Below, in pieces: positions 16,827 to 26,843 of a stretch of DNA of 37,053 nt; position 1 is the stretch's first letter; every line of letters begins with the position of its first letter. Source of the DNA: a virus (Duplodnaviria > Caudoviricetes). The notes beneath the pieces were generated by a model. The model had not been told where the DNA came from and searched no databases. It worked only from the letters and a program-made list of their open reading frames with translations. The stretch lies in the IMG/VR virus record IMGVR_UViG_3300044272_000001, positions 1 to 37,053 of that record; one strand, 5' to 3'. The translations under genes were made by a program, and so were the position numbers.

Positions 16827-17348
16827 ATGGCTACAGTTTCTTCATTAGTTGTAAGTGCTAGAGGTTCTGGGAACCCTAAAAAGTCTCCATACATGGTGCA
16901 AACAACTCTAGACTTTTCAAACTCTGCTATCAACTCATTATCTGCAGGTGACATCGTGCAAGCGATAACTATACCTGCTGATACATGTGTATTGTATGCA
17001 GGTGCTGAAATGATTACTACAGTTCAATCTGGCGCTGATGGTAATACCGTAAACTTAGGTTTATCAGACGTAGATCAGTACATAGCTGGTGCAGACATTG
17101 ATGATGACTCGGCTATCTTGTCATCAGGTGTTGGTTACCTTACTCCTGCATCTACAGCTTCTGTACCTGTTTTACTAGGTGCTGCTGACACGCTTGATCT
17201 TGAGCTACAAGCTACATCAACTGCTCCAAACGAAGGCAAGATTCGTATTTTTGCTTTACTTATGGATATAAGTCCAATAGGTAACGAAAATACTGCACAT
17301 GTTGCCGCAGGTGGTGCTGCTGAAGTAGATCGTGATCTACTAGCATAA
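16827..17348 (+). CDS. Probable capsid decoration/minor capsid protein
   Basis: Follows the capsid gene with a GGAGG SD and precedes the terminator; beta-rich. Confidence 0.6.
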   Translation: MATVSSLVVSARGSGNPKKSPYMVQTTLDFSNSAINSLSAGDIVQAITIPADTCVLYAGAEMITTVQSGADGNTVNLGLSDVDQYIAGADIDDDSAILSSGVGYLTPASTASVPVLLGAADTLDLELQATSTAPNEGKIRIFALLMDISPIGNENTAHVAAGGAAEVDRDLLA

Positions 17349-17357
17349 AATAACTTT

Positions 17358-17385
17358 AGGGGCTGCTTTTTAAGTGGCCCCTTTA
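17358..17385 (+). terminator. Intrinsic terminator after the capsid operon (short U tract)
   Basis: AGGGGCTGCT-tttta-AGTGGCCCCT stem with two G-U pairs, then TT. Confidence 0.7.
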
Positions 17386-17395
17386 GAACATCTAA

Positions 17396-17788
17396 ATGAT
17401 ACTTAAAGCTAAAAATAAATTATCTAGTTGGGATATTAAAATATTTAATCTGGATGAAGTATATGCCAGAATGGATGATGCTGCTTTAACAGATAGAAAT
17501 TTTTTAGCTGCTATTAAAAAATCAATAGATGAAAATGGTATGCTTTGGCCCCCAATAGTTTGGTCACAAAAAACCTTTCTACGTTATGCTGAAGAACAAC
17601 CATATAGACAAGACCCTACTAAACCTGTAGATGTAGATTTTAAGTATCGTTGTGCTATAGGAAATAATAGGTTTAACTACGCTAAAGAAAATGGGTATAA
17701 GCAAATAGAATGTGTTTATGTTCCAACTTGGCAAGATAAAGATGCAGTATTAGAAGTAACTAAAATGGAATACTGCGTAGATTTTTAA
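17396..17788 (+). CDS. ParB/Srx-like N-terminal domain protein
   Basis: IKKSIDENGMLWPPIV...IGNNRFNYAKENGYKQIECV. Confidence 0.7.
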   Translation: MILKAKNKLSSWDIKIFNLDEVYARMDDAALTDRNFLAAIKKSIDENGMLWPPIVWSQKTFLRYAEEQPYRQDPTKPVDVDFKYRCAIGNNRFNYAKENGYKQIECVYVPTWQDKDAVLEVTKMEYCVDF

Positions 17789-17799
17789 GAGGATTTAAA

Positions 17800-18237
17800 A
17801 TGGGTATAACAACAGCGATGTGTACAAGTTTTAAAAGTGAGCTTTTGGGTGGAACCCATGATTTAGATACTCATACAATTAAACTTGCACTTATTAAAGC
17901 TTCACCATCAGGAACATATAATGCAGCTACTACTAACTATTCAAATGTTACAGGTAACTCTGACGAAGCTAGTGGTACTAATTATTCTGCAGGTGGGCAA
18001 AACTTAGACAGTGCCGCCATTTCTACAGACGGTACAACTGCAATAGTAGACTTTGCAGATGAAGTGTTTTCAAACGTAACAACTTCAGCAGATGGTTGTA
18101 TTATTTACAACTCTTCTGCATCAAACAAAGCAATTTGTGTAATTGACTTTGGTGGTACAGTTAGTGCTACAGCAGGTGATTTAACTATAGAATTTCCAGC
18201 AGCAGGTGCAAGTACTGCAGTAATACGTATTGCCTAA
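17800..18237 (+). CDS. Phage structural protein (fibre/spike-associated)
   Basis: ITTAMCTSFKSELL...YSAGG...IYN...IDFG pattern; Thr/Ser/Ala-rich. Confidence 0.65.
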   Translation: MGITTAMCTSFKSELLGGTHDLDTHTIKLALIKASPSGTYNAATTNYSNVTGNSDEASGTNYSAGGQNLDSAAISTDGTTAIVDFADEVFSNVTTSADGCIIYNSSASNKAICVIDFGGTVSATAGDLTIEFPAAGASTAVIRIA

Positions 18238-18247
18238 GAGGTAAGTT

Positions 18248-18985
18248 ATGGCAGTCGTAGCAGCTTCAGCTAAATACGGTGTTGGTGTATATGGTGCATC
18301 TAATTTTGGTGCAGTAAATATATCAAGAACTCTTACTGGAGTTGCAGGTACAGGTGCTATAGAATCAGTTTCTGCTGGTGGTTTTGAAATTGATATATCC
18401 GAAAGACTTGGTAGTGTAAGTGCTACAGGCGCAATCGGAACAATATCTCCAAACATAGCACCAAATATAACAGGTGTATCCGCTACAGGTGCAATAAATG
18501 CATCATTAGAATTTAGCAATACACATAGACTTGGTGGAGCAGCTTCAACAGGTAGTATAGCTACTGTTGGTGTTGGTGTATCAAAAACACTAACAGGTGT
18601 ATCAGGTACTGGTGCAGTAGAGTCTGTTTCAGCAGGTGGTTTTGAAATAGACATTAGTGAAAGACTAGCTAGTGTATCTGCAACAGGTGCTATAGGTACA
18701 GTACAACCAGTTGTAAGTTTTTCTACTTCACTTACTGGTGTTAGTGGTACATTAGAGCTAGGTAGTATAGAAGCTAAAACTGGTGAAAAATTAGGTAGTG
18801 TACAGGGTACAACTTCTTTAGGTACAATTAAAACTCATGTCAGTGAAGCTATAACTTCAGTAAGTGCAACAGGAGATATAGGTTTTGCTAGATCAAATGT
18901 AACAGCAATAGTATTTGATTATAATTCAGTAAAACATTTGTACAATAAAAGAAGAACAGTTAATTTACCTGAAAGAGCAGCCTAA
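18248..18985 (+). CDS. Repetitive fibre-like structural protein
   Basis: About 11 [LI]-x-[GS]-V-S-[AG]-T-G-x-[IV]-G repeats; ESVSAGGFEIDISERL duplicated. Confidence 0.7.
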   Translation: MAVVAASAKYGVGVYGASNFGAVNISRTLTGVAGTGAIESVSAGGFEIDISERLGSVSATGAIGTISPNIAPNITGVSATGAINASLEFSNTHRLGGAASTGSIATVGVGVSKTLTGVSGTGAVESVSAGGFEIDISERLASVSATGAIGTVQPVVSFSTSLTGVSGTLELGSIEAKTGEKLGSVQGTTSLGTIKTHVSEAITSVSATGDIGFARSNVTAIVFDYNSVKHLYNKRRTVNLPERAA

Positions 18986-19167
18986 TGCCTACCAAAGTAA
19001 TAACTGGTGTAGCATCTACAGGTTCTATTGGAACAGTATCTACAAATGTAGTAAATGGACCAACTAATGGTGCAAGAACAGCTTTAGTTATAGCAGAACT
19101 AAGAAAAGTATATATTGCTCGTAAACCTACATCAGCAGATAGAGTTGTTTACGCAAATGAGGATTAA
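18985..19167 (+). CDS. Short paralog of the preceding gene's C-terminus
   Basis: One ITGVASTGSIG repeat plus R-x-V-Y motifs; TAATG coupling. Confidence 0.6.
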   Translation: MPTKVITGVASTGSIGTVSTNVVNGPTNGARTALVIAELRKVYIARKPTSADRVVYANED

Positions 19168-19170
19168 TAA

Positions 19171-19518
19171 ATGAGCTTTCGTTGGCCTAGCAAAGACCCA
19201 GATGAAACTTTAGATTACAGTGTAGATTGGTCAAGATTTCTTGATACTGCAATTATTACTTCAGTAATATGGTTTGTAAAGTCTTCACTATATAATACTA
19301 AAACAAGAATAAATCCTGGGCAAACTTTAACAACAGCTTCAAGTAGTGCAACAACTGATAGTTTACAAAATGTTGCACAAACAAATACAGATACTGTTGC
19401 TACTATAAATATTGGTGGTGGACAAAATAATGTTGAGTATACTTTTTTTTGTCAAATGACTGATAATACTGGTAGTACAGCAGAAAGAAGTATTAAAATA
19501 AGATTGAAGGAACGGTAA
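19171..19518 (+). CDS. Fibre-tail adaptor-like protein
   Basis: WPSKDPDETLDYSVDW...AERSIKIRLKER. Confidence 0.65.
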   Translation: MSFRWPSKDPDETLDYSVDWSRFLDTAIITSVIWFVKSSLYNTKTRINPGQTLTTASSSATTDSLQNVAQTNTDTVATINIGGGQNNVEYTFFCQMTDNTGSTAERSIKIRLKER

Positions 19519-20235
19519 ATGGCATACAATTTTCTTGGACTTGTTAATGATGTAAACCGTAGACTTAATGAAGTTGAATTAACTTCTTCAAATTTTCTTA
19601 ATGCAGTTGGTGCATATAGTATGGTTAAAGATGCTGTTAATGCATCTATTCGTTTTGTTAATCAACATGAGTTTGAGTGGCCTTATAATCATGTTACAGA
19701 AGAAGAAACTCTTACTCCAGGTATTGTAAGATATGCATTTCCTGCAGATACTAAAATTTTAAACATGAATAGTTTTAGAATAAAAAGAAATGATACATTA
19801 GGTAATGAAAGTAAAAAATTATCTGTATTATCATATGAAGAATATTTAGAAAAATATGTTGATATAGAATATAACACTTCTACAAATTTAAGACAGTTAC
19901 CAACTTTTGTTTTTAAAGCTCCTAGCACAGAATTTGGTTTAGTTAATCCACCAGATAAAGCTTATGAATTAGTTTATGAATATTATAGATTACCTGTTGA
20001 TTTAATAAATGCTACAGATGTTCCAACTGTACCTGAACAATTTAGATATGTGCTTGTAAATGGGGCTATGCATTTTGCATATTTATTTAGAGGTGAGTCA
20101 ACAGAATCAGATATGATGCAATCAAGATTTGAACAAGAAATAAAACAAATGAGAAGTTTGTATATTAATAGATACGATTATCTTAGATCAACTGTAATTA
20201 ATACTACTGTACAAACAAATACTAGAGTTTCTTAA
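19519..20235 (+). CDS. Head-tail adaptor (tail tubular protein A-like)
   Basis: FLGLVNDVNRRLNE, PPDKAY and PTVPEQFRYVLVNGA; position before the nozzle. Confidence 0.7.
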   Translation: MAYNFLGLVNDVNRRLNEVELTSSNFLNAVGAYSMVKDAVNASIRFVNQHEFEWPYNHVTEEETLTPGIVRYAFPADTKILNMNSFRIKRNDTLGNESKKLSVLSYEEYLEKYVDIEYNTSTNLRQLPTFVFKAPSTEFGLVNPPDKAYELVYEYYRLPVDLINATDVPTVPEQFRYVLVNGAMHFAYLFRGESTESDMMQSRFEQEIKQMRSLYINRYDYLRSTVINTTVQTNTRVS

Positions 20236-20238
20236 TTT

Positions 20239-22416
20239 ATGCCTACAACTCATCAAACATATCCTGTAGAGTTCAGGGGTGGGCTTATTAGTAATATGAG
20301 TCCTTTGCAACAAGGTATTAATTTACCAGGATCTGCAAGAACTCTTAGAAACTTTGAACCTTCTGTTGAAGGTGGTTATCGTAGAATAGAAGGTTATACT
20401 AAGTACGACAGTAACTTAATACCACCTTATGGTTCTCCTGTAGTAACTGGTGCGAGTCAAACTGGTACAAGCCTTAATATAGCTAATATAAGAACAACTC
20501 CAGTTGCTGCTGATACATTTAAACTCATACATGCTACAGCAAATGTAAATGGTGCTACTAGTAATGCTACTGCACTTGTATTAGATGGTAACTCTGGTAC
20601 TATTGCTGCAGGTATGACAGTTACAGGTACTGGTATTTCAGGGACAGTAACAGTAGCTTCAGTATCGGATCAAAATAATATTGTACTTTCTGATGCACAA
20701 ACATTAGCTGATGATACAGCATTAACTTTTAGTAAAGTATATACTATTGCAAGTGGTGGTGTTAGTTTTAATGGTACAAATAATACTGCTACTTTAACTT
20801 TAACTTCTAGTCTTCTTACATCACCATTAAATGGAGACTCTTTAGAATTTGTTTCTACTACTAGTAATTATCTAGCTTTAGGTTGTGGTGTATTTTTAGA
20901 TAGTGTTATTGTTGCTAAAAATAATGACTTATTTAAAACTACAGGTTCAGGTTATACTCTTTTAAATGTACCCTCTTATGGAACTGTTTTAGTAAATGGT
21001 GGATCACAAAGTGGTACAAGTCTTGTAGTAGATGGTCTTACGGGTACACCTCAAGCAGGTGATGTATTTAAAGTTGCAGGTATAGATAAAATATACACTG
21101 TTACATCTAATGCAAGCGTAAGCTCTGGTGGTGCAACATTAGCAATAGCACCTGCTTTAGCAAGCGCACCTGCAGATAATGCTGCTATAACTTTTTTAAG
21201 TACATCAAGAGAAAGTGCTAGTAAAACTAGATTTTCTAGGTACAACTTTGATGGAACAGAAAAGATAGCTATTGTAGATGGTCAAAATGTACCTGCTACA
21301 TTTACTCAAACAAGCACATTTACAAACCTTATTGATGCACCTTCAGATATAACAGGTGCAAGTTTTGTAGTAAACTTTAAAAATCATTTGTTTTTTGGTA
21401 AAAATGATTTACTTACTTTTACTGCACCATATACGGATAATGACTTTACAGTAGCAAATGGTTCTGGTACAATCGGTGTAGGTGCTGATATTACAGGTCT
21501 AATAGTATTTAGACAACAATTAATAATATTTACAGAGTCTTCTATATTTTCATTAAATGGTAATACTGTCGGAGATTTTGTTTTACAATCTATTACATTA
21601 GATATTGGTTGTACTAACTCAGATACTATACAAGAAGTTGGTGGAGACATAATGTTTCTTGCACCAGATGGTTTGAGGTTATTAAGTGCAACAGAAAGAA
21701 TAGGTGACTTTGGGTTAGCAGTTGTATCTAAACTAGTACAAAAAGAAGTTACAGATTTTGTAACTAGAAATACTTCTTTTGCTAGTGTTGTTATAAGAGA
21801 AAAATCTCAATATAGGATACTTGGTTACAATACTAATATTACTCAAGGTTCTTCAATGGGTATACTTGGAACACAATTTTCAGACCAAGGTGGGGCTGAA
21901 ATGGCTTGGGGAAATTTAAGGGGTATTAGAGCCTACGTAGCAGACAGTAGATTTTATCAAAATACAGAAACAATAGTATTTGCAAACGATGATGGCTACT
22001 TATATAAAATGGAAGATGGTAATAGTTTTGATGGATCAAATATTCAAACTGATTTTTCTACTCCATTTTTACCAATTAGTGATCCAAGAATTAGAAAAAC
22101 ATTTTATAAAATGAATGTATATACTGATGCAAAAGGAAGTGTTGCATTAAACTCAAATTTAAAATTAGATTTTGATAATGAAGGAAGTATACAACCACAA
22201 CAAATTAGTTTAAGTAATGCAACTTCTGCTGCATCATTTTATGGAAATTCAATTTTTGGTACAGATACTTATGGAAGTAAATTAAAAACACTTTTTGAAT
22301 CACAAGTAATAGGATCAGGTTTTGTCGTATCTTTACAGTTCACATCTGATAGCACTGATCCACCATTTTCTTTAGATGCTATCACATTAGATTACGGAAC
22401 AAATACAAGAAGGTAA
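20239..22416 (+). CDS. Tail nozzle (tubular protein B/P22 gp10-like) with inserted beta domains
   Basis: NFEPSVEGGYRRIEG, FKNHLFF, ITGLIVFRQQLIIF and IGC...TIQEVGGDIMFL propeller motifs. Confidence 0.75.
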   Translation: MPTTHQTYPVEFRGGLISNMSPLQQGINLPGSARTLRNFEPSVEGGYRRIEGYTKYDSNLIPPYGSPVVTGASQTGTSLNIANIRTTPVAADTFKLIHATANVNGATSNATALVLDGNSGTIAAGMTVTGTGISGTVTVASVSDQNNIVLSDAQTLADDTALTFSKVYTIASGGVSFNGTNNTATLTLTSSLLTSPLNGDSLEFVSTTSNYLALGCGVFLDSVIVAKNNDLFKTTGSGYTLLNVPSYGTVLVNGGSQSGTSLVVDGLTGTPQAGDVFKVAGIDKIYTVTSNASVSSGGATLAIAPALASAPADNAAITFLSTSRESASKTRFSRYNFDGTEKIAIVDGQNVPATFTQTSTFTNLIDAPSDITGASFVVNFKNHLFFGKNDLLTFTAPYTDNDFTVANGSGTIGVGADITGLIVFRQQLIIFTESSIFSLNGNTVGDFVLQSITLDIGCTNSDTIQEVGGDIMFLAPDGLRLLSATERIGDFGLAVVSKLVQKEVTDFVTRNTSFASVVIREKSQYRILGYNTNITQGSSMGILGTQFSDQGGAEMAWGNLRGIRAYVADSRFYQNTETIVFANDDGYLYKMEDGNSFDGSNIQTDFSTPFLPISDPRIRKTFYKMNVYTDAKGSVALNSNLKLDFDNEGSIQPQQISLSNATSAASFYGNSIFGTDTYGSKLKTLFESQVIGSGFVVSLQFTSDSTDPPFSLDAITLDYGTNTRR

Positions 22417-22422
22417 AAAATT

Positions 22423-25400
22423 ATGGGAACAGGTTACACTAGAAACGATACAGGAAATAACATTGCTGATGGTAATGTTATCAATGCTTCTGACTTAGAT
22501 GGTGAGTTTGACGCAGTAGAAAATGCGTTTAATTCTTCTTCTGGTCACACACATGATGGCACATCTGCAGAAGGTGCTCCGATAGAAGTACTCGGACCTT
22601 CTCAAGATATTGTTATTACGGCAGCACTTTTACGTCCTAAGACAGATAATACTGTAGACTTAGGTACATCATCTTTGATGTATAAAGATGGATTTTTTGA
22701 TGGTTCAATTACTACTCATGGATTAACAGTTTTTGATGATGAAGGAACAGATGCTACTATTAGATTAGACGGTAACTTTCCCACTGGTTCTAGAAATATA
22801 GCATTTGGTTTAACTGCATTAGATAGTTTAGATGGTTCAAGTCCTGGTGGAGATAACATTGCTATAGGTAATGCTGCACTAACTGCACTTACAACAGGTG
22901 ATCACAACATAGCTATAGGTTCATCTGCAGGTGATGCCTTGACTACTGGTGCTGCTAATGTAGCAATAGGATTTGAAGCTTTATCAACAGAAGATGCTGA
23001 TGGAAACAACGTAGCTATTGGTTATCGTACATTAAAAACTCAAAATGCAGGAGCAGATGCACACAATATTGCAGTAGGTTATGATGCAGGACTATCAATT
23101 ACAACAGGTATTCGTAATGTAATAATTGGTGGTATTGCAGGTGACGCTTTAACTGATGCTGATTTTAATGTTGGTATCGGTTATCAGTCACTTACAGGAG
23201 ATACTAAAGGAAGTAAGTCAACTGCTGTTGGTTATAGAACACTAGCTAATCAAAACTTTAGCACTTCAACAGACAGTCATAATACTGCAATAGGTAATGA
23301 TGCAGGACTAAACGTCACAACAGGTGTACAAAATACTTTAATTGGTAGTTTAGCAGGTGATACACTTACAGACGCAGATTCAAATGTAGCTGTAGGCTAC
23401 AAAGCATTAAGTGCGGATACTTTAGGTAGTAGAAGTGTTGCTATGGGTTATGAAGCATTAGCTACACAAAACTTTACTACAGCTAATAATGTTTATAATG
23501 TAGCAATAGGTTACTCAGCAGGTTCTTCAATTACTACTGGTAAAAACAGCGTTTTTATCGGTGGGCTTGCAGGTGATGCTTTAACAACAGGTGATCGTAA
23601 CGTAGCAATCGGTACTTCTGCTCTAGGTTCAGATACTTTAGGATCTAGAAATGTTGCTATAGGTAATGGTGCACTGACAACACAAAATTTTACAACAGCT
23701 ACAAATTCTTACAATACTGCTGTAGGTTACGATGCAGGTAATGATATCACAACAGGCATTCAAAACACTCTTATCGGTGCACTAGCAGGTGATGCACTCA
23801 CAGATGCCGATTATAATGTAGCATTAGGATTATCGGCATTAACTGCAGATACTTTAGGTAGTAGGAGTACAGCAATAGGGTATGGCACATTAGCTACACA
23901 AAACTTTACTACAGCTACAGATGTATATAATGTAGCAGTTGGGCATCATGCAGGTGCGTCAGTTACAACAGGCACAAGAAATACCCTAATAGGTGGATTA
24001 TCAGGAGATGCTTTAACAACAGGTGACCGTAATGTAGCTATGGGATATGCTTCTTTATCTAGTGATGACGTAGGTAGAAAATCAGTTGCAATAGGTTATC
24101 AAGCATTACAAAATCAAAATTATTCTACTACTACGGAGTCTTTTAATACAGCGGTAGGATATGATGCAGGTCAAGCAGTTACTACAGGTACACAAAATAC
24201 CTTTATTGGTGGTTTAGCAGGAGATGTTGTTACAACAGGCTCTGAAAATACTGCTTTAGGTCAAGCTGCTTTAGGTTCTGATACTTTAGGCAATAAAACT
24301 GTCGCAGTTGGCAATGGTGCTTTAGCAGGTCAAAATTTTACCACTGCTACAGATAGTCACAATACTGCTGTTGGTTATACAGCAGGATTATCACTAACAA
24401 CAGCACTTAATTGTACTTTTATGGGTAGTGGTGCAGGAGATGCTGTAACTACTGGAAATTTAAATACCTTTGTTGGTGCTTTTGCAGGGTCAGCTACAGA
24501 CGATGGTTCTAGTAACACAGCAGTAGGTGCATATGCTCTTGATGCAGGTAACTGTGGAGATAATAATACTGCGATTGGTGCAGGTTCTTTAGGAAGTTCA
24601 TCTTATACAGGTGAAAATAATACTGTTATTGGTAAAGATGCGGGTAATTCACTAACAACAGGCCCTAAAAATGTCATAGTAGGTTCTTTAGCAGGAGATG
24701 CAGTTACCACAGGAGAAATGAATGTTGTTATGGGGCATGAAGCTCTATCTGCTGACACACAAGGCGATAAAACAGTTGCAATAGGAACCTCAGCACTTAA
24801 AGCGCAAAACTTTTCTACTGATACAATTAGTTATAATACTGCTGTTGGTACATTTGCAGGTACAAAAATTACAACAGGAATTAATAACACACTTATTGGT
24901 TTTAATGCAGGAGCAGAAACATTAGATAGTAGTGATAATACTGCTGTTGGAAGACTAGCTTTGGGTTCAGCGGATAGTGGTGGTACAAATACTGCTGTTG
25001 GTGTTCAAGCTCTTACAGCTTGTACTGGATATGATAACACTGCGATTGGTTTTTTAACAGCAAGAGCAATAACTTCTGGTCATAACAATATAGCCATAGG
25101 TCATGATGCAGGTCTTACTGGAAGTCCAGGAGGTAATGTCACAACTGGTTCAAACGAAATATATATGGGTGATGAAAACATTACCACTTTTAATGCTCAA
25201 GTAGATATAACGGCAGCTTCTGATGAACGAGATAAGACAGATTTTACTGCATTAGACTTAGGTTTAGACTTTGTAAAAGCTATGAAACCGTACACCTTTA
25301 AGTGGGATAAACGTTCTAAATATGGAGATAAGACAGCAGATGATTATGATTTAGATGCCATAACTTCTGATGGAACTCATAAAGAAGATTGGTTAGATTT

Positions 25401-25611
25401 AGGTTTTAAAGCACAAGATGTTAAAGCATTAGAAGAAGCTTCTAATTATAAAATTGCAGATAAAACAAATTTAACTGTAAGTGTAAGTGGCGATGGTAAA
25501 CAGTACGGAATGAGGTACGCTAAATTAGTACCAATTTTAGTCAAAGCTATTCAAGAACAGAACGCACTAATAGAAGCACTCACTTCAAGAGTAGCAACCC
25601 TAGAAGGATAA
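22423..25611 (+). CDS. Tail fibre with beta-roll repeats and C-terminal peptidase S74 intramolecular chaperone
   Basis: N-terminal GHTHDG anchor; N-[VT]-A-[IV]-G repeats; SDERDK...GFKAQDV...YAKLVPILVKAIQE. Confidence 0.88.
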   Translation: MGTGYTRNDTGNNIADGNVINASDLDGEFDAVENAFNSSSGHTHDGTSAEGAPIEVLGPSQDIVITAALLRPKTDNTVDLGTSSLMYKDGFFDGSITTHGLTVFDDEGTDATIRLDGNFPTGSRNIAFGLTALDSLDGSSPGGDNIAIGNAALTALTTGDHNIAIGSSAGDALTTGAANVAIGFEALSTEDADGNNVAIGYRTLKTQNAGADAHNIAVGYDAGLSITTGIRNVIIGGIAGDALTDADFNVGIGYQSLTGDTKGSKSTAVGYRTLANQNFSTSTDSHNTAIGNDAGLNVTTGVQNTLIGSLAGDTLTDADSNVAVGYKALSADTLGSRSVAMGYEALATQNFTTANNVYNVAIGYSAGSSITTGKNSVFIGGLAGDALTTGDRNVAIGTSALGSDTLGSRNVAIGNGALTTQNFTTATNSYNTAVGYDAGNDITTGIQNTLIGALAGDALTDADYNVALGLSALTADTLGSRSTAIGYGTLATQNFTTATDVYNVAVGHHAGASVTTGTRNTLIGGLSGDALTTGDRNVAMGYASLSSDDVGRKSVAIGYQALQNQNYSTTTESFNTAVGYDAGQAVTTGTQNTFIGGLAGDVVTTGSENTALGQAALGSDTLGNKTVAVGNGALAGQNFTTATDSHNTAVGYTAGLSLTTALNCTFMGSGAGDAVTTGNLNTFVGAFAGSATDDGSSNTAVGAYALDAGNCGDNNTAIGAGSLGSSSYTGENNTVIGKDAGNSLTTGPKNVIVGSLAGDAVTTGEMNVVMGHEALSADTQGDKTVAIGTSALKAQNFSTDTISYNTAVGTFAGTKITTGINNTLIGFNAGAETLDSSDNTAVGRLALGSADSGGTNTAVGVQALTACTGYDNTAIGFLTARAITSGHNNIAIGHDAGLTGSPGGNVTTGSNEIYMGDENITTFNAQVDITAASDERDKTDFTALDLGLDFVKAMKPYTFKWDKRSKYGDKTADDYDLDAITSDGTHKEDWLDLGFKAQDVKALEEASNYKIADKTNLTVSVSGDGKQYGMRYAKLVPILVKAIQEQNALIEALTSRVATLEG
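23137..24432 (+). repeat. Six degenerate 216-bp (72-aa) tandem units in the tail fibre
   Basis: AGD/SGD unit starts at 23137, 23353, 23569, 23785, 24001, 24217 and 24433. Confidence 0.9.
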
Positions 25612-25613
25612 GC

Positions 25614-26255
25614 ATGGACTTAATACAAAGAAACTTTCCTAACGTAGGGGTTATCGAGGGGCAACTTCCAGAAAACGTTGTGGACAACATATGGAAAGTT
25701 GTAAACGAGGCAAGAGAACAACCAGAGGACATGAAGCCTGAACTCGCAGGTAACATTAGTAAGTCTATCAGGTTAGACAGTAACTCACCTTTGCTCAAAG
25801 AGTTTGTTGATGAGTTACTACCTTCGTTTATACAAAACCACATTGAAGCTTATGGACCACCTTGGCGTGAAACTATGCGTGAGGGTGAGGGTTGGAACTT
25901 AGAAAGCCTATGGGTAAACTTCCAAAGGCAACATGAGTTTAATCCACCGCATGACCACAGTGGCGTGTATAGTTTTGTAATATGGATGCAGATACCTACA
26001 TCCTATGCCGAGCAAAAGAAACTTCCTATTTGTGCTAACTCAAATGCAGATAACCACATATCTAACTTTGCATTTAGCTACACGAATACGTTGGGCAGAG
26101 TATCAACTTTTGCCTATAACATGGAAAAAGAAGCAGAGGGTTACATGGTTATGTTTCCATCGACTATGCTTCATCAAGTGTTTCCTTTTTATAATAATGA
26201 TGGGGAACGTATATCAATTTCAGGCAATATCAACATTGCAAAACTAGAAGGGTAA
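25614..26255 (+). CDS. 2OG-Fe(II) oxygenase (TIGR02466-like)
   Basis: WVN...FNPPHDH...FPS..LHQV.P...RISISGN. Confidence 0.88.
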   Translation: MDLIQRNFPNVGVIEGQLPENVVDNIWKVVNEAREQPEDMKPELAGNISKSIRLDSNSPLLKEFVDELLPSFIQNHIEAYGPPWRETMREGEGWNLESLWVNFQRQHEFNPPHDHSGVYSFVIWMQIPTSYAEQKKLPICANSNADNHISNFAFSYTNTLGRVSTFAYNMEKEAEGYMVMFPSTMLHQVFPFYNNDGERISISGNINIAKLEG

Positions 26256-26260
26256 GTATA

Positions 26261-26569
26261 ATGGCAAGAGATGCAGATCAAATAGCACAAGACCATGCTG
26301 CAATGCTTGGTAGTGTGTCAGTAATTAATAGTATTATCGCTACCCACGCTAAAGGCAGTGATGCAAGTGATGGTAGCAAAGAAGATTCTGACGGTAACAC
26401 AATACCTGCTGATTTCGGACATGATATGACGCATGACGAAAAGAAAGAGCGTGTAGCTCGTAGCAACGGTTACCTAGTTCATATGAAAGCACTAGGTGAT
26501 TGGGGAAGTGAAAGTTTTACAGAAATAGATAAAGCTATAAGTGCAGCTAATTCTTTTACTGGAAGCTAA
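26261..26569 (+). CDS. Hypothetical protein (fibre-associated)
   Basis: In-line ORF in the late operon. Confidence 0.65.
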   Translation: MARDADQIAQDHAAMLGSVSVINSIIATHAKGSDASDGSKEDSDGNTIPADFGHDMTHDEKKERVARSNGYLVHMKALGDWGSESFTEIDKAISAANSFTGS

Positions 26570-26600
26570 TTTAACTATTGTAAATGAAAGGAAAATAGCA

Positions 26601-26828
26601 ATGGTAAAAAATAAAAAAACACCTATGACTATAAATAAAAAAGAATACTTTCTTGAAGATTTAACTGATGAACAAAAAGTATTGTTTAATCACGTAGCAG
26701 ACTTAGATCGTAAGCTATCTAGTGCTAGATTTAACGTAGACCAACTCAGTGTTGGACGTGAAGCTTTTGCTAGTATGCTTGCACAATCTGTAGAAGCAAA
26801 GATTGTAGACGAAGATAAAGCTGCATAA
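26601..26828 (+). CDS. Small coiled-coil protein (start ATG 26601 rather than 26541)
   Basis: SD GAAAGGA upstream; INKKEY..EDLTDEQK...DLDRKL. Confidence 0.75.
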   Translation: MVKNKKTPMTINKKEYFLEDLTDEQKVLFNHVADLDRKLSSARFNVDQLSVGREAFASMLAQSVEAKIVDEDKAA

Positions 26829-26843
26829 CTTTATAGGTTACAA

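Noticed and set aside
16790-16830. T7 10B-style frameshift or readthrough extension of the capsid
   Set aside because: No slippery site seen; the next gene has its own strong SD and ATG
22423-25611. Diversity-generating retroelement or invertible fibre cassette
   Set aside because: No reverse transcriptase, template/variable repeat pair or catalytic invertase seen; repeats are in-frame tandem units
5240-26247. Alternative-frame + strand ORFs at 5240, 14631, 26005 (and 36757 antisense to the last gene)
   Set aside because: Each lies inside a better-supported gene and has no motif
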